A DNA stretch of 60,677 nucleotides, counting the filler, from Squatina squatina (Eukaryota): NCBI GenBank assembly GCA_031763465.1. It is 4 parts of 4 records of this genome, joined end to end, with 100 filler letters (N's around TTAATTAATTAA, not from the genome) between each part and the next. Parts side by side here need not be neighbours in the genome. Positions count along the whole stretch, not along the records: positions 13,567 to 34,818 come from JARFOE010000233.1; positions 34,919 to 47,458 come from JARFOE011039009.1; 2 more parts are not named here. The stretch is one strand, 5' to 3'. The position numbers and the translations under genes were made by a program. This document shows positions 26,347 through 39,148 of the stretch, piece after piece. The notes under the pieces were generated by a model. It was not told the origin of the DNA. It worked only from the letters and a program-made list of their open reading frames with translations, and did no database searches. Numbering within the stretch: the first letter of the stretch is position 1; every line of letters begins with the position of its first letter.

Positions 26347-29114
26347 NNNNNNNNNNNNNNNNNNNNNNNNNNNNNNNNNNNNNNNNNNNNNNNNNNNNNN
26401 NNNNNNNNNNNNNNNNNNNNNNNNNNNNNNNNNNNNNNNNNNNNNNTGAAGTTTTGGATTCCAGTGCAACCAGCAGAAAATCAAAATCAGCTGACAGAGA
26501 ACCAACATCACAGATGTTGAAAGCTGAGATCATAAGCAATGGGAGGCAGAATCATGGAGGCTTTATTGTTGGAAGAAGATCTGATTCACAAGAAACCAAA
26601 CCAACAAGAATAGAGTGGTTAATGCTTTTTAAGCACAGTAAATGATTGCTGAAGCCATGGTACTTGTACAAACTATGAAGATTTATTACATTCTTTATCA
26701 AAACCAAATATAAACATATTCCACCACAAATCCATTTACATCTACATACACATTCAGTGAAGTAATCCATTCAACAACTTATCACCAAGGTTACAATCTT
26801 CTACTAACAGCAAACATGGTAACTCTTGCTGACACACCTTCCCCTCCCTCACTAATTTCACCGTCCACACTGACAAATTCACTCTAACAGAGTTGTTTGT
26901 ATTCACAGATCTAAAACACACATCAGTATCTATAAAACAAAGTGTACTTGACAGTAACACAAAGAGTGCCTTGATCCTCATACTTCTATTAATCATGTTG
27001 GTAATACACAGAAATTGTCAGTCTTTTGATGTAAATTTAANNNNNNNNNNNNNNNNNNNNNNNNNNNNNNNNNNNNNNNNNNNNNNNNNNCAGTTATTTA
27101 TTTTTCACATGTAAATGATCCCATGAATAAAAGCTTACTATTACCTACACATGTGCATCTATGCATTTTCAGCTTATCCCCTTCTCGGCTGGGATAATCA
27201 GTAAGATATAGTGTGGAATGCACTAGGGATTCAGTAGAATCCCAGAACTTTAGCTGTCATGAATAATGCACAACAGCTGGCACATATGACACTGATGCAG
27301 ACCAGATTCAGCAGGTCAGGCCTATTCTGAACATTCCAACAGTGGCCTGTAGAACAAGAAAAAGGCATCAGACATTACAGTGAGATAATTTTTAAAATGA
27401 ACCCTATGGAAAGGATTCTCAGAATGGAGAGATTTAAATAGCTGATATTCTACAACAGTTTCTACTATGGGTACAGATTTTATTTGATAAAAATTCAGTC
27501 AGGGTATAAAAAGGTTAGCTGTGAGACACATTTAACACAATGTTTGCACAGAATGGAATGCTTTTCTTCTATTTTGATCTGGGCCTCAGTCCTGCGGGCC
27601 TCTATGCTTGGAGCCTCCAATGTAATTAGCCTACAACTGCCGCACGTTTCAGGGTGGACTGTAATGTTGCAAAGTCATCCATCATGGTGCCACAGATGTA
27701 GTTAGTAGACTTTTCCAATTGCCTTGGTATCAGTTGCACAATCTCCGATACCATCCCCAGTAGGATTAAGATCAAAGCACTCTTTGTGTTACTGTCAAGT
27801 ACATTTCAATTTATAGACATTGATTTGTGGTATGTTTTGGATCCATGAACAACTCTGTTACATATGCGTAATGTTCTGGAAGCATCCCTCTTTTAAGCAT
27901 TCAGGACCCATGAGACCTGAATCTCGAAGTTCTTCAGTCCAGGCTCATATCTCCTCGTCCTTCAGTCGACAATGTTTCCCTCCTAATCTTCCAGCCCAGC
28001 TCCTGTTGGCTAGTCTGTGCATCACCCTGTGAACGCCCCACTGGCTCAGTGTTTACTGCACTTAATTGATATCTCTGGACTAGTGCTTTGCAAGGAAAGA
28101 GTGAATTATGTCATGTGTGATGCAGTGCTGGCAGTACTAGGAACAGTTCTTGTTCCTCTTCTGCTTCTTCTCGCTGTATGACACCTAGAGGATGAGGAGA
28201 AGCAGGATTAGAATTGGTTACTGAGCAGCACAGCTCACTTCTATTTTCAGAAGGAGTCACTTCAGCATTTCATGACAGTTTGCTGGCATGTCATGTGTTA
28301 TCCAATAGCATGGGGAGGAAGAGAAGCAGCATGTCATTATAAACCTGTAGGTGGAATCTACCCTCCAACTTCCCATGTAACTCCTTTTTATGTCGGCCTT
28401 TCCAACAAGTTGCACCAGACTTTCCGACATGTTGAGGCAGGTGGGTGCCCTAGATGTGCCCCAAGTGGCACAAGCACCGACCATTCATATGTAAAACAAG
28501 GGACCTCCCTCGATTTCACCAAAGCTTCCTCTTCATAGGGGTGAGAACAGAGGTTGAGGGAGAGTACTACCAGTGGCCAATTTCTCTTTGGTGTTATGGG
28601 TTGTCTGCGCTAAGAAGAATAGAAAAAAATGACAGTGACCTCATATACAGTTGACCGCAGGTATCAGCAGGTGGACCGTAACAGTAGTGATGACAGAATG
28701 AATGAAACAAGCAATTACGAACGGCCAATTAGATTGCCCTAAGTTTCTGGCGCTAAGGGCCGAGTTGGTGAGTGCAAAGTTCAGGTCTTTGAACTCTCAC
28801 TTTAAGGCCTGCAATTTGGCACTTTGAAAAAAAAAATTCATACAGCTTTAAAAATGCTAATTTCAGCGCTAAAGGGCACTTACTTAAACACTGATTATCT
28901 TAGTTTATTTCAGCAGGCGAATTGTGGGAGGGATCTGAGGAGCTGCTATCAAGCGTCAGGCCACCTCAGCCCTTAAAGGGGTTCGTTCTGGAGACACAAG
29001 CAATGCTTANNNNNNNNNNNNNNNNNNNNNNNNNNNNNNNNNNNNNNNNNNNNNNNNNNNNNNNNNNNNNNNNNNNNNNNNNNNNNNNNNNNNNNNNNNN
29101 NNNNNNNNNGTTCT

Positions 29115-29545
29115 GGTCACTGAGACATGAGTTATTCAACCATTAGAGGCAGTATAGAGAAGAGCCACAAGGCTGATCCCTGGTGTTCTTGGTCTGAGTT
29201 ATGAGGAAGGGCTGTAAAGACAGGACTTTCAGTCTTGAAAGGAGGCACCTGAGGGGTAATCTTACAAGAGACATATCTGATGGTAAGTAGTATGGAAAAG
29301 GCAAACCTGGAAAATTAAAGTGTGAGAGTAGAACAAGAGATCACAGGTTCAAACTAGTAATAAGACAATTATGGACAGAGATCAAGCTGCTCTTCTTCAC
29401 ACAAAGAATGATCATTTCACGGAATGGACTCCTGGATAGATTAGTGCAGACAAAGCCCTTGGAATATTTAAGGCTCCTTCTGGATGGATAAACTAAACGG
29501 ATCAAATGGCCTTACTTACCAATATTTCTTTTGTGATCCTGTGTA
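29115..29545 (+). mobile_element. Old CR1 LINE 3' fragment
   Basis: agaagagccacaaggctgatccc...gagttatgaggaa...ttcttcacacaaaga...aaatggcct tail. Confidence 0.6.
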
Positions 29546-30864
29546 AAAGAAAGCATGCTAAGGTAATCAGCCAGTGTTGCCTCAATGGCTGCACCACGAA
29601 CCATGTTTGCAGGGCCTCCTAAGCCCACCATGGAGGACTGAAGCAAAGTACTGCTGGATGCTGGAAATCAGAAATGAAAACAAAGTTTCAGATAAGATCA
29701 GAACTGATGAATCTTCATTGACCTGAAACATTTGCCCTGATCTTAACAAGGCGGAGTTTCAGACGGGAAGCCTGGAAGTTCAGTGTTTCCCACAAACTTC
29801 ACAGTGTGTGTATTTTTTTTCAGCAGGATCACCACTTGGAAGTCAGCCTGATTGACATGCTTGGCTTCCATCCAGGTGGGAGCACTCCAGAGCAGGCCAC
29901 AGCCCCAGGTAGGGAGCCTGCAGCTGCTATTGGGAACTGGGAAGTGGGGTCCGATCCCCAACCCTAGGGATCTTTGTATGAAGGCTGAGGGCGGGATGGG
30001 CCTTCAATTCAGGGCAAGAGGGTAAGCTTCGGACCGGGAGAAGCGCTTCTGCTCTTCCTGACCTACAAGCAGTGCTGTAAAGGCACTTAGCTGATCGATC
30101 CGCTCCTTCCTGCCTTCTTTTACCTGCTGGGTTTCCCAACACCCGGGAAACGTGGCCAACATGGATTAAAAATAGAAACGCCGTAAAAATAGAAGCACAC
30201 ATCCTTTGTAAAAGATTTCAATGACCGACCCATTTCCTGAGAGAGTTGGTCGCCTGTCCCTTGTCCCTCTTCCATTAAAACCAGAAATGGGCGGGTTCAA
30301 GGTGGTTTGGGTTCCTGTTTAAGATTTTTAACTTCCCTCTTGACACAAAACCATCTGTTTTTGGGGGTTAAAATTACCTCCACATGGTTTCCAATGTTGG
30401 CTGTGCTCTCATTGTGAGGCACAGAGTAGAATGTGAGGGAATGAGCATCAGCAAGTAAGTTACTCCAGGAACTCTTGCATACATCCCAAAGTTCAAGTGT
30501 GCGTTGATCTGGTGGAGGCCTGATCAGGTGAGACCTAACGAGAGGAGAATTGTTTAATGTTTTAGTTTCATTAATGAGCATAAATTGCTTGTGAATTTTG
30601 CTAAAACAGTCCAGTAGAGGGCAATACACTCACTCAACATCAGTCCTACTCTGATGCAAATTCTATTTCACTATAAAACAAGCTACATCAATCTTAGTAT
30701 CAATTAAGAAAATCTAATTATTTCTGTTTATGACTTTACGTATCTAATACAATATCTTGCAGAAATAGTAAAGCAATCAACAATTTAAAACAGGAAACAG
30801 CAACTGTGATAAACCTCAGATTCAATTACCTTCTTTGGGTTATTGTTATTGGTAATTAAATAAA

Positions 30865-31416
30865 AACAACTTCCCTTTATATAGCATCTTTAATATGCAA
30901 AAATGTTGCGAGGCAGTTAACAGAAGTGTAAGGAAAAATGGACATCGACCCAAACAAGGAAAGATTAAGAGCAATGACTAAAAGCTTGGTTAAAGAGGTG
31001 GGCTTTGAGATGCAGCTTAAATGATGAGAGAGAGGTGAAAAGGTGGATGCGTTTAAAGAGGCAATCCAGAGCTTGGGGCCCAGGGTACTGAATGAAGGAT
31101 AGGAAGGGAGGGGAGAGATTCACAAGACTTCAGAGTCAGAGGAATGGTGAATACGGAGGGCACGGATATTGCAGGACTGGAGGAAATTACAAAGATAGCA
31201 AGAGAGAGGCCATAGAGGGATAGAAAACAGGAATGAGAATATTAAAATTAAGGCATTTGGAGTCGAGGAGACAAACCAGCTCAGAGAGGATAGGAGTGAT
31301 GTGCTATTGCCACATGGCATGGGGTAGGAATCACATAGTAAAATTTTAGATGATGTTTATGGAGGCTGGCCAGGAATGCATGGGAGTGATTGAGTATGGA
31401 GGTGACAAAGTCATGA
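30865..31416 (-). mobile_element. Old L2 LINE 3' fragment
   Basis: Diverged similarity to 41260-41840. Confidence 0.6.
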
Positions 31417-34400
31417 NNNNNNNNNNNNNNNNNNNNNNNNNNNNNNNNNNNNNNNNNNNNNNNNNNNNNNNNNNNNNNNNNNNNNNNNNNNNNNNNNNNN
31501 NNNNNNNNNNNNNNNNCTGGTAATGAAAATAAACCCAGTACTTTGTGTAGTTTCTTCTCAGTTTAATTGTTACCTTCCTTCTGCTCTTTGCATAATTTTA
31601 AACTGGCTTTTAGAATTTGCAATCAAGTGTATACGGCTAAATTTAGACATTTCCAAAAATGTATGATTTATGTTTTCTGATGGCAGGCTGTTATTTTGTA
31701 CCTCCATAAAATGCCATGTTCTTAAGGCTGTAGCATAATGTTGGCAATTGCACAATTTCCACAGGAAATGCTTATAGTACATTCCTAACTGTACCATACT
31801 TGAAGGTATTTCATGCATCTGCAACAAATATACTCTATGGAAAATGTTGCACGCTATGCAGTTGTTTAATATAGTTACATGATAAATAAGTCTCTTGGCA
31901 GAAACATAAGGATTAAGCAAAATACAGTTACAGAAAGTAGAACACTGAGAAACCAACCCAATTTACTGCTTGGAGTAACAAATTTTATATTTTTGGAGTA
32001 CTATTTTAAAACCACATTTTTATGAAATCTGCTGTAAAAATGTTATTTTGAAAAATGTTGTTTTTGAAAAATGCTGTGCTATAATCTTCATTTTTTTTTT
32101 CATTTACATTAAGCTCATTCTTGATTCTGAACCATTATACACTCATTGAATGCACTGATCTTGGGGTAGGATTGCTGTAGTAACAAATTATTATAATAGA
32201 ATCCTAAAGTTAAGGATTTTAATAGCTCTTAGCTCGGAAGCTCTTAGCCTAATATGCCGTTCTATGGCTTGTGGAAGAATGATGTGTTTTTTAATCCATG
32301 GATTGAGACAGAAATATTCGTTGCTTCTTACTGTTGATGAGCTCCTCGTCAGTAATATTATGAGTATTTAAATGCATGTATTCTGACCCACCTACAGTTG
32401 AACATTCTAAGACTTATTTTACTATTTCTTAGATTGATAAAAGTTTCAATTCAGAGTACTGTGCATCAGTAGTCAATCATTTCTTAAAAATACTATGGAG
32501 CAGATTTTCTAAATATTTGAGTCTGAAAGGATATTTGAGACTCGCACCTTTGTTGTAAATTGGGTTCTGTGTCATTTTTCCATCTCAGCCTTCACTTTAA
32601 ATGGCAGATATGTNNNNNNNNNNNNNNNNNNNNNNNNNNNNNNNNNNNNNNNNNNNNNNNNNNNNNNNNNNNNNNNNNNNNNNNNNNNNNNNNNNNNNNN
32701 NNNNNNNNNNNNNTCTCTCCTCACCACTATCTCCCTTCCTTTCAAAGCTGCAATCATCGCCCATCTCCTCAAAAAAAAAAAACAATGTTCCCCCTAATTT
32801 TGGGGGGTGCGCAGTCCCTTTTCAAATTTTGTGCAGCTTAGCGGGAACATTACCCTTGAGTTCTCTCTTACAAAGTACCCATCTCCAATTTCTGTTTCCC
32901 CTCAAGTCCTTGAATGTGTTATCATCTCCCAATCCCATTCCCCAGTTCCCTGCAATCGGGACAGCACTGTAAGTTGTTGTTGGAACACAATCCCAGGTCT
33001 GTTTGAGCAATTGCTTAGAATGACGACAATTAAAAGCAAGTGCCGAATACTTTTGGGTTAACCACTTGATTTATATTAGACCTGTGTTATATAGGCACCC
33101 TCCTACATGCATTCTGGCCGCTACACCAATGAAAGAGAATACTAGGACCCCATGTTTTGCCGATACAGCTGAACAAGTACAAGTACAATCATATGAATAA
33201 AGTTTAACTTATCAATATGCTCCTCACACGGGCAGCAAAATGCACAATGTTTTTTAAGAACAGAAGAATATGGGAGCAAGGAGCCGTATCCAGTTAAATT
33301 TGTCATTCTGGTCCCATTTCATGACCATCCTGTTTTACAACATGACTTGACCACTTTTTTCCCTACCATAAAATTTTACTCAAGTAATAAAAGGTATCAC
33401 ACTTATTAATGATTGCAAAGCAGTTTTTTTTTTTAACTGAATTATTAACTATTCTACCAGAGAAGGAATGTTTTAAAGATTTTCTTTGAACATTTGGTAT
33501 ATGATAGGGTAAAGAGCGACGCTGGCATAATAGAAAGCCCAAAATGTTGGCAACTTTTGAAGGTCTAGACCTGCCTTTGCAAGGGATTGTTTTCATAAAC
33601 CCTGGACAGGATTTGTCTGCATCAAGGTCTTTAATGGTTCCTGTCAGTATAAAACAGCTGGGAAACATCTGGCATCCATTTTTCAATATCACTTGGAAAG
33701 AATTTCACATGTAAATAAAACCAACATAAAANNNNNNNNNNNNNNNNNNNNNNNNNNNNNNNNNNNNNNNNNNNNNNNNNNNNNNNNNNNNNNNNNNNNN
33801 NNNNNNNNNNNNNNNNNNNNNNNNNNNNNNNCAATCTTTTTATCATTGGTTAGGCTATACATATCTTCAACATGAATGGATAACTATCCCAACTTTTATC
33901 TTTATTCCTACTTTTGTAATTTGCGGTAGCAAAAGTTATTAACATGTTTATGTCGTAGGGAAACATTCAGACTAAAGCTGTTGGTAGGCTTGTAGTGCAA
34001 AAAATATGAAATAAAAGACGATTCGGCCTTTTGAGCCTAACCCTTTACACCGAACATGGAAATCTCTCCAGTTGCGGTTCTTCATTACTTAACCTCCCCA
34101 TAGAAGTGAATAGCCACAGGCAAAGTTTCCAAGCTAAAATTGCAACTTCGGTTGACTCCTGCACCCCCATCCTCTGCACAACAGATAAGGGAACTTAATA
34201 ACTTGTTCCCGATTGGGGAAAAATTAATCTGCAATCATAGCCATCCTAAGTGTACCTGCGCTAATGAAGTGGCTTGCTGAATGTGCCAGTTTCAGTGGGG
34301 TTAGCTAAATAATTTTAAAATGCACCCTGTGTAGCTTCAGTTTTGTGCTGGAAGCACAAATTGGGACCATGTACCCCTTAAAGGACTACAGCTCCAAATA

Positions 34401-34818
34401 CCATCAGAAGTATAGGGTTATCTGATACAATTTGATAATGTAAATCATCAAATATATCCTTTAACATGCAAGTAAAATCATAACCCTAAGTCCTTTCAAG
34501 AGCTAATCAGTGTGGCGTTAACAGTTAACTTTTTTGATGAGTAGGGAAAAAACTATTTTGATTTCTCATTGATCACAATGCTGAATATTTAAGTACAACA
34601 CAGTTCAAATGAAATAATCTGCATACGTCCACGCTAACCATGCCTTGAGTATTTTAAAGATCTGCATTGTCCCTTCATATTCTTGACTCCAATAGAAGCA
34701 TTTTTAAAATTCTATTAGCACCGCTCATGCTGTTTGAAGACCCAGTATCATTCTTTCTGAACCCTTTTCAATATTTTTTCATGACTATTGTTGCCACAAT
34801 TGTACATAATTTTCATAA

Positions 34819-34918
34819 NNNNNNNNNNNNNNNNNNNNNNNNNNNNNNNNNNNNNNNNNNNNTTAATTAATTAANNNNNNNNNNNNNNNNNNNNNNNNNN
34901 NNNNNNNNNNNNNNNNNN
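34819..34918. other. Artificial scaffold spacer
   Basis: TTAATTAATTAA at 34863-34874 within Ns. Confidence 0.95.
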
Positions 34919-34994
34919 CATATTGAATGGCGGTGCAGGCTCGAAGGGCCTAATGGCCTACTCCTGCACCTATTTTCTATGTTTCTATGTTTCT
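34919..34994 (+). mobile_element. CR1-type LINE/SINE 3' tail abutting the gag remnant
   Basis: ggctcgaagggcctaatggcctactcctgcacc followed by a (tatgtttc)n tail. Confidence 0.75.
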
Positions 34995-36399
34995 AGATCA
35001 GACAGTAGAGAAACATTTACAGACTGTCAGTGCATTGGAGAAGGTGTTGGAAAACAGCAAGCAAAAGACGGCATGGCTTGAAAGTGAAGCCATCCAAATT
35101 AAAATTAAAATGGAAGAAATGAGTGATAATTGGATGCTGGAGAAAAACATGATTCAATGTACCTGCGCTTTATTAAATAAGAAGAATGAAAAATTGGAAT
35201 CCCGAAATGCTGAACTGGAAAAGTGCATGAGTCAGTCTCAGCTGCAGGTACAGGACCTTAAAGCTGCATGCCAGGTTATGCAGGAACAAAAACAAGATCA
35301 GGCGGGGAAGGGAGATCACTCTGAGTATCAGAAAGAAATCACAGAACTAAAAAGATTGGTGCCTGTAAAGAAGGGAGCGATCTGCCTGATGCAGGGGGAT
35401 GTGGAGTCAGGCACAGGAGAGGGACCCCATCAGGATGATGGGATAGAATGCGCTACTTCTCGACCCCCGCCGCAGAGTCTGGATTGCGCGCCCGTATGTG
35501 TAATAACTCAGACCAAATATAGGGCCCCCTCCAACAGCTCGGGGAGGAACGTGCCCTGGATAGTACCTTTTTGGTCTCCCACTCCCTCGACCAGTTAAAG
35601 GAATTGGCACGAGATTTGGGAAAAATAACCTTTGGACACTCTCCTGACGGAAACTTTCTAGCGGCAGAGCAGATTGTGGGGATACAAAATTTAGATGCGG
35701 GTGAGCATGAAAAACTGTTGCTCTTTGCTCTAGATCCAGAAATATATGGAGCCTTAGATCGAGAAAGCAAGAGGGGATGAGGCACGGTGGAAGCCCTTAT
35801 GGCTGCTATATGGAGGGCAGTAGGAATGGAGAGAGGAAACCCTTTTCGGGAAGGCGAAATGACAAAACAAAAGCCAGGTGGACACCCGATTGTCTTTCCA
35901 GACCGACTGTGGCCTGTCTATAATCAATGTCAGGGTGGTCAGTTGGACAGGGCAGACCTAAATGGGATACCCCTAACACACTGGCTAAGAACACTTAGCC
36001 AAATGGCACACGAGGTACAAAAGGGAGTGAGTGTCTGGTATGATCCCGAAGATGTCAACATCACTGAAGCACGGGTGTTATGAAAATGCACCCTGGCTCA
36101 TACTCAGATCCCAATTCAAAAGGCGAATTGTAACATAATGGAAGAGAAGCCCAAACAAAACATGGAAGAAGGAGGGAACACCAGTCTGGAGGGATGGAAA
36201 AGGAGGATTAGACGGGAAAAAGAACCTGACATGCTATAGCTGTGGTGGGAAAGGACACTTTGCTCGGGAGTGCAGGAAACCAAAGAAAGGGGAAAAATCA
36301 GATACGGGGGAAACCGAGGAGTTAGAAAAGGCATTGGGACTGATAATGGAAAAGATCATGAAAAAGAGAGTAAAGAAGGGTCTGGCACCTTGCACTTGA
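34995..36399 (+). pseudogene. gag: ERV gag remnant: coiled coil, capsid-like region, CCHC zinc knuckle
   Basis: Heptad-rich ORF to 35598, then same-frame ORFs 35571-35780 and 35787-36083 (KLLLFALDP...KQKPGGHPIVFPDRLW). CYSCGGKGHFAREC at 36232-36273 and TGA at 36397-36399. At least two frameshifts and two stops. Confidence 0.85.
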
Positions 36400-37217
36400 T
36401 AACCGGTTTCAGGTAGCTATAGTTTTTTGTTTTTAGTGTGAGTGTTAATGTCTTTTATAAAGCATGTATCAGTGTTTAAAACTTTGCAGTATTTTTCTTG
36501 TGTGTGACAGCTCAGCTGATAAAAACGATCTGCCTGTGAACTAATTCTGCCCCCGAGTTCTGTTCCACAAAGCTGAAGGTCATTAACCCTTTGTGGTCTT
36601 GTCTTGAATGTTGGACCAATGCGTTTGTTTGTTTGGGTCTGTCTGTGTATGCATACACATGTATCTGTTTCTTTTGTGTAAAATGTGGGTATATGTTTAT
36701 TCAATGTGAAACCTGATTTTCTAACAGTTATGTTCAGTATTTGTTCACAGTTATTTGGAAAGACCTCCGAAAAGTCACCCCCTGTTTGTGTTTTTGATTG
36801 GACTAATATAATTGGTTTGCATTGAATTGAGGTTAATTGTAACCTATTAAAAACCTGACTTTCATCAATGGCCAAGGTGAAACTCTGGTTATTGTAACTT
36901 TTCCTTCCGAAAAAACCCACATTTGATTGTTTGGGAAAGTTTTTTTTTAAATCTACATGAACCGACGTGATGGCATCAGAGAATTTTTTGCTCCGCCTTC
37001 TTAGAAACCTACATAGAAATGACAGCTGTTGTTTTAAAGCAGCAGGAAATCACCTTTGTATTGAACGGTGCAGAATTTTTTTTGATATTATTAAAATTTA
37101 AGTTTCTCAATTTGAGTGACCACGTGCCAGAAAGAAAATTATGATTTGACAAAATTAACCCCTTGGGTTCTTAAACAGAGCCACAATGGATTCTCTGTTT
37201 TCTTTTGTTTTAAGCAG

Positions 37218-39110
37218 GTGCCAGAATAGAATCGAGAGGAATTGATGCAGCTTGCAGCAGGAGACAAGGGTCTGGGCTCCCGGACCAGAAAACAACAATG
37301 GGAAACCATAAGGGAGACCGCCGTTAACATTGGAGAAGGACACAGGGAAAACAAACTGTGACTAGAGTTTACAAAAACCCAAGAGTGGGAGATAGGGAAC
37401 ACAGGGTTAAGGGTTCCAAATGCTGGAATGATTGCACGACCTTGCGAGTAAATAAGAGGGAATGGGAGGGTACATAAAGTGAAAATAATGCGAGAGGAAG
37501 TGATGAGAGTAACGGGGTAACATGGATGGGAGGCTACACTGAGGGCATGACCCAGGAAGAGGTTGAGGTTTGCAGAACACCTCTCTGGTTAACAGCTTAG
37601 ATGTAGCCACATTAGATCAGGAAGTCAGGAGAATGAGAAATCGTTTGAAGGAAATCGTGGTGGGAAGCGGAGATAAGACAACATAGGGTACCCAAGTCAC
37701 CTATGTTGGGAAAGGAGAGTGTTGCATCACTACTCAGGAGAAAGAGTTTGTATACGGCCAAAACTTTTCATGTCCCACCAATCAAACGGCATTTTAACCA
37801 CCGAAGGGGTGTATGACAACGTCCGTTTCCACTCAACAGACCAACTTGGTGCACCTGGTAATAATTTTGGTTAACCCAAAAGGCAGAAATTGAGCCTTGT
37901 GAATGACATAATTACCGGAGTAAATACCAGCACTTCACTGTACAATTGACTGGAACTTGTAACTATGAACAGAGAACTTAAGAAAGCAAAACAGCAACTA
38001 GAGGACATTTTATCCAGTGAAAATGATTGGTCACATGACAAAGTACTGCATGATCAATGAGTAATGATAGATTTGGGATATATCTTTAACCCATTATATG
38101 ATATGTTAAATCAATTTGAACGATAGGAAAAGGTGAACCTAAATGCCAGTGAGGCACAACAGAAGATGGGTCTCTGCACACTATATGGGTCATGGTTGGT
38201 AGAACAGGCGAGGGGTAATTTAGAACAGGTACAGAACAAGCAGGTGCCTATGTGGTTGACAAATGACAAATTGGTAGACCTATCAAGATATCCAGTCCAG
38301 GCTCCCATGTGTGACCGAAGACCACTGATAGAGGTCACCACAGTAGACCACTCTTGAAGGAGCCTGGAGAAACCGGCAATAGGGTTAATTTTACACTACC
38401 CAGTGTTGCCCCCTAGGGCCAAAAAGAAATGGCTGTACCAGGTAGAAAATATTGGAATCAGACAAGGAGATTCCATGATTGGATATAGAAGCCTGGCTCC
38501 CTATGTGGTAGGATCTGATCACATGAGTCCAACTGATCTAGCTGGATGTGTAAAAAAAGGCTTCAGTGGTTCTGTGTCCCAATAAGATCAGTGATCATAT
38601 CACTACTCAATGTGGATACACAGGAGGGAACGCCACATGCCAAATGTGGATGGAACTGACAGGGACATGAACCCATGTGGCATATAGAGGGAATAACATC
38701 TATTGGAGAACAGCCACCGAGGGGGTAATTGAGGCAGGACAGGTCCAGTGTCCTCTGATCAACAGCACCTTCTGTGTGCAACCAGAACATACCCTCAAAA
38801 TCAGAGACCTGTATTTGATACCAATGCTGGATAGTGAACAACAGCAAAAGGAGCAGGTCCAAGACTCACTGGAGATAGATTGGGAACTATATCTCCACCG
38901 AGCTTACAACATCCATAATCTCCCTGAGGCAGATAAATAAGCCCTGGTAAGGGCTACGAAAGGGCTAAGACAATATGAGAAATGAATATGGGTATTGCAG
39001 CAAAGTAATGCAGATAACACAATCAACATCCAGGCTATCATTATTATTCCCTGGTATGAATCGACCTGGAATTTAACCTTGGTTCATATCTGCCCTCAAA
39101 ATGAGCTGTA
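37218..39110 (+). pseudogene. env: ERV env remnant, lokiretrovirus-like class I fusion glycoprotein
   Basis: Strong acceptor ends at 37217. Cys-rich GECCITT...FSCP; basic site KRQK(L) at 37878-37892, then SLVNDIITGVNTSTSLYN and a heptad; CTLYGSWLVEQARGNLEQVQNKQVPMWL; LYQVENIG; QCPLINSTFC; PWYESTW. Multiple stops. Family assignment is from recall. Confidence 0.7.
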
Positions 39111-39134
39111 ACGTAAAAGTAATTTTCAAGGTAC

Positions 39135-39146
39135 AAGAGGGAGGAG
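39135..39146 (+). promoter_or_regulatory. Polypurine tract
   Basis: AAGAGGGAGGAG, followed after 2 nt by TGTAAGG (39149), directly downstream of env. Confidence 0.65.
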
Positions 39147-39148
39147 TC

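Noticed and set aside
36417-36920. 167-aa antisense ORF in the gag-env spacer as an accessory gene
   Set aside because: No recognisable motif and a non-ATG start; the K/N/T/Q-rich composition is explained by the T-rich opposite strand.
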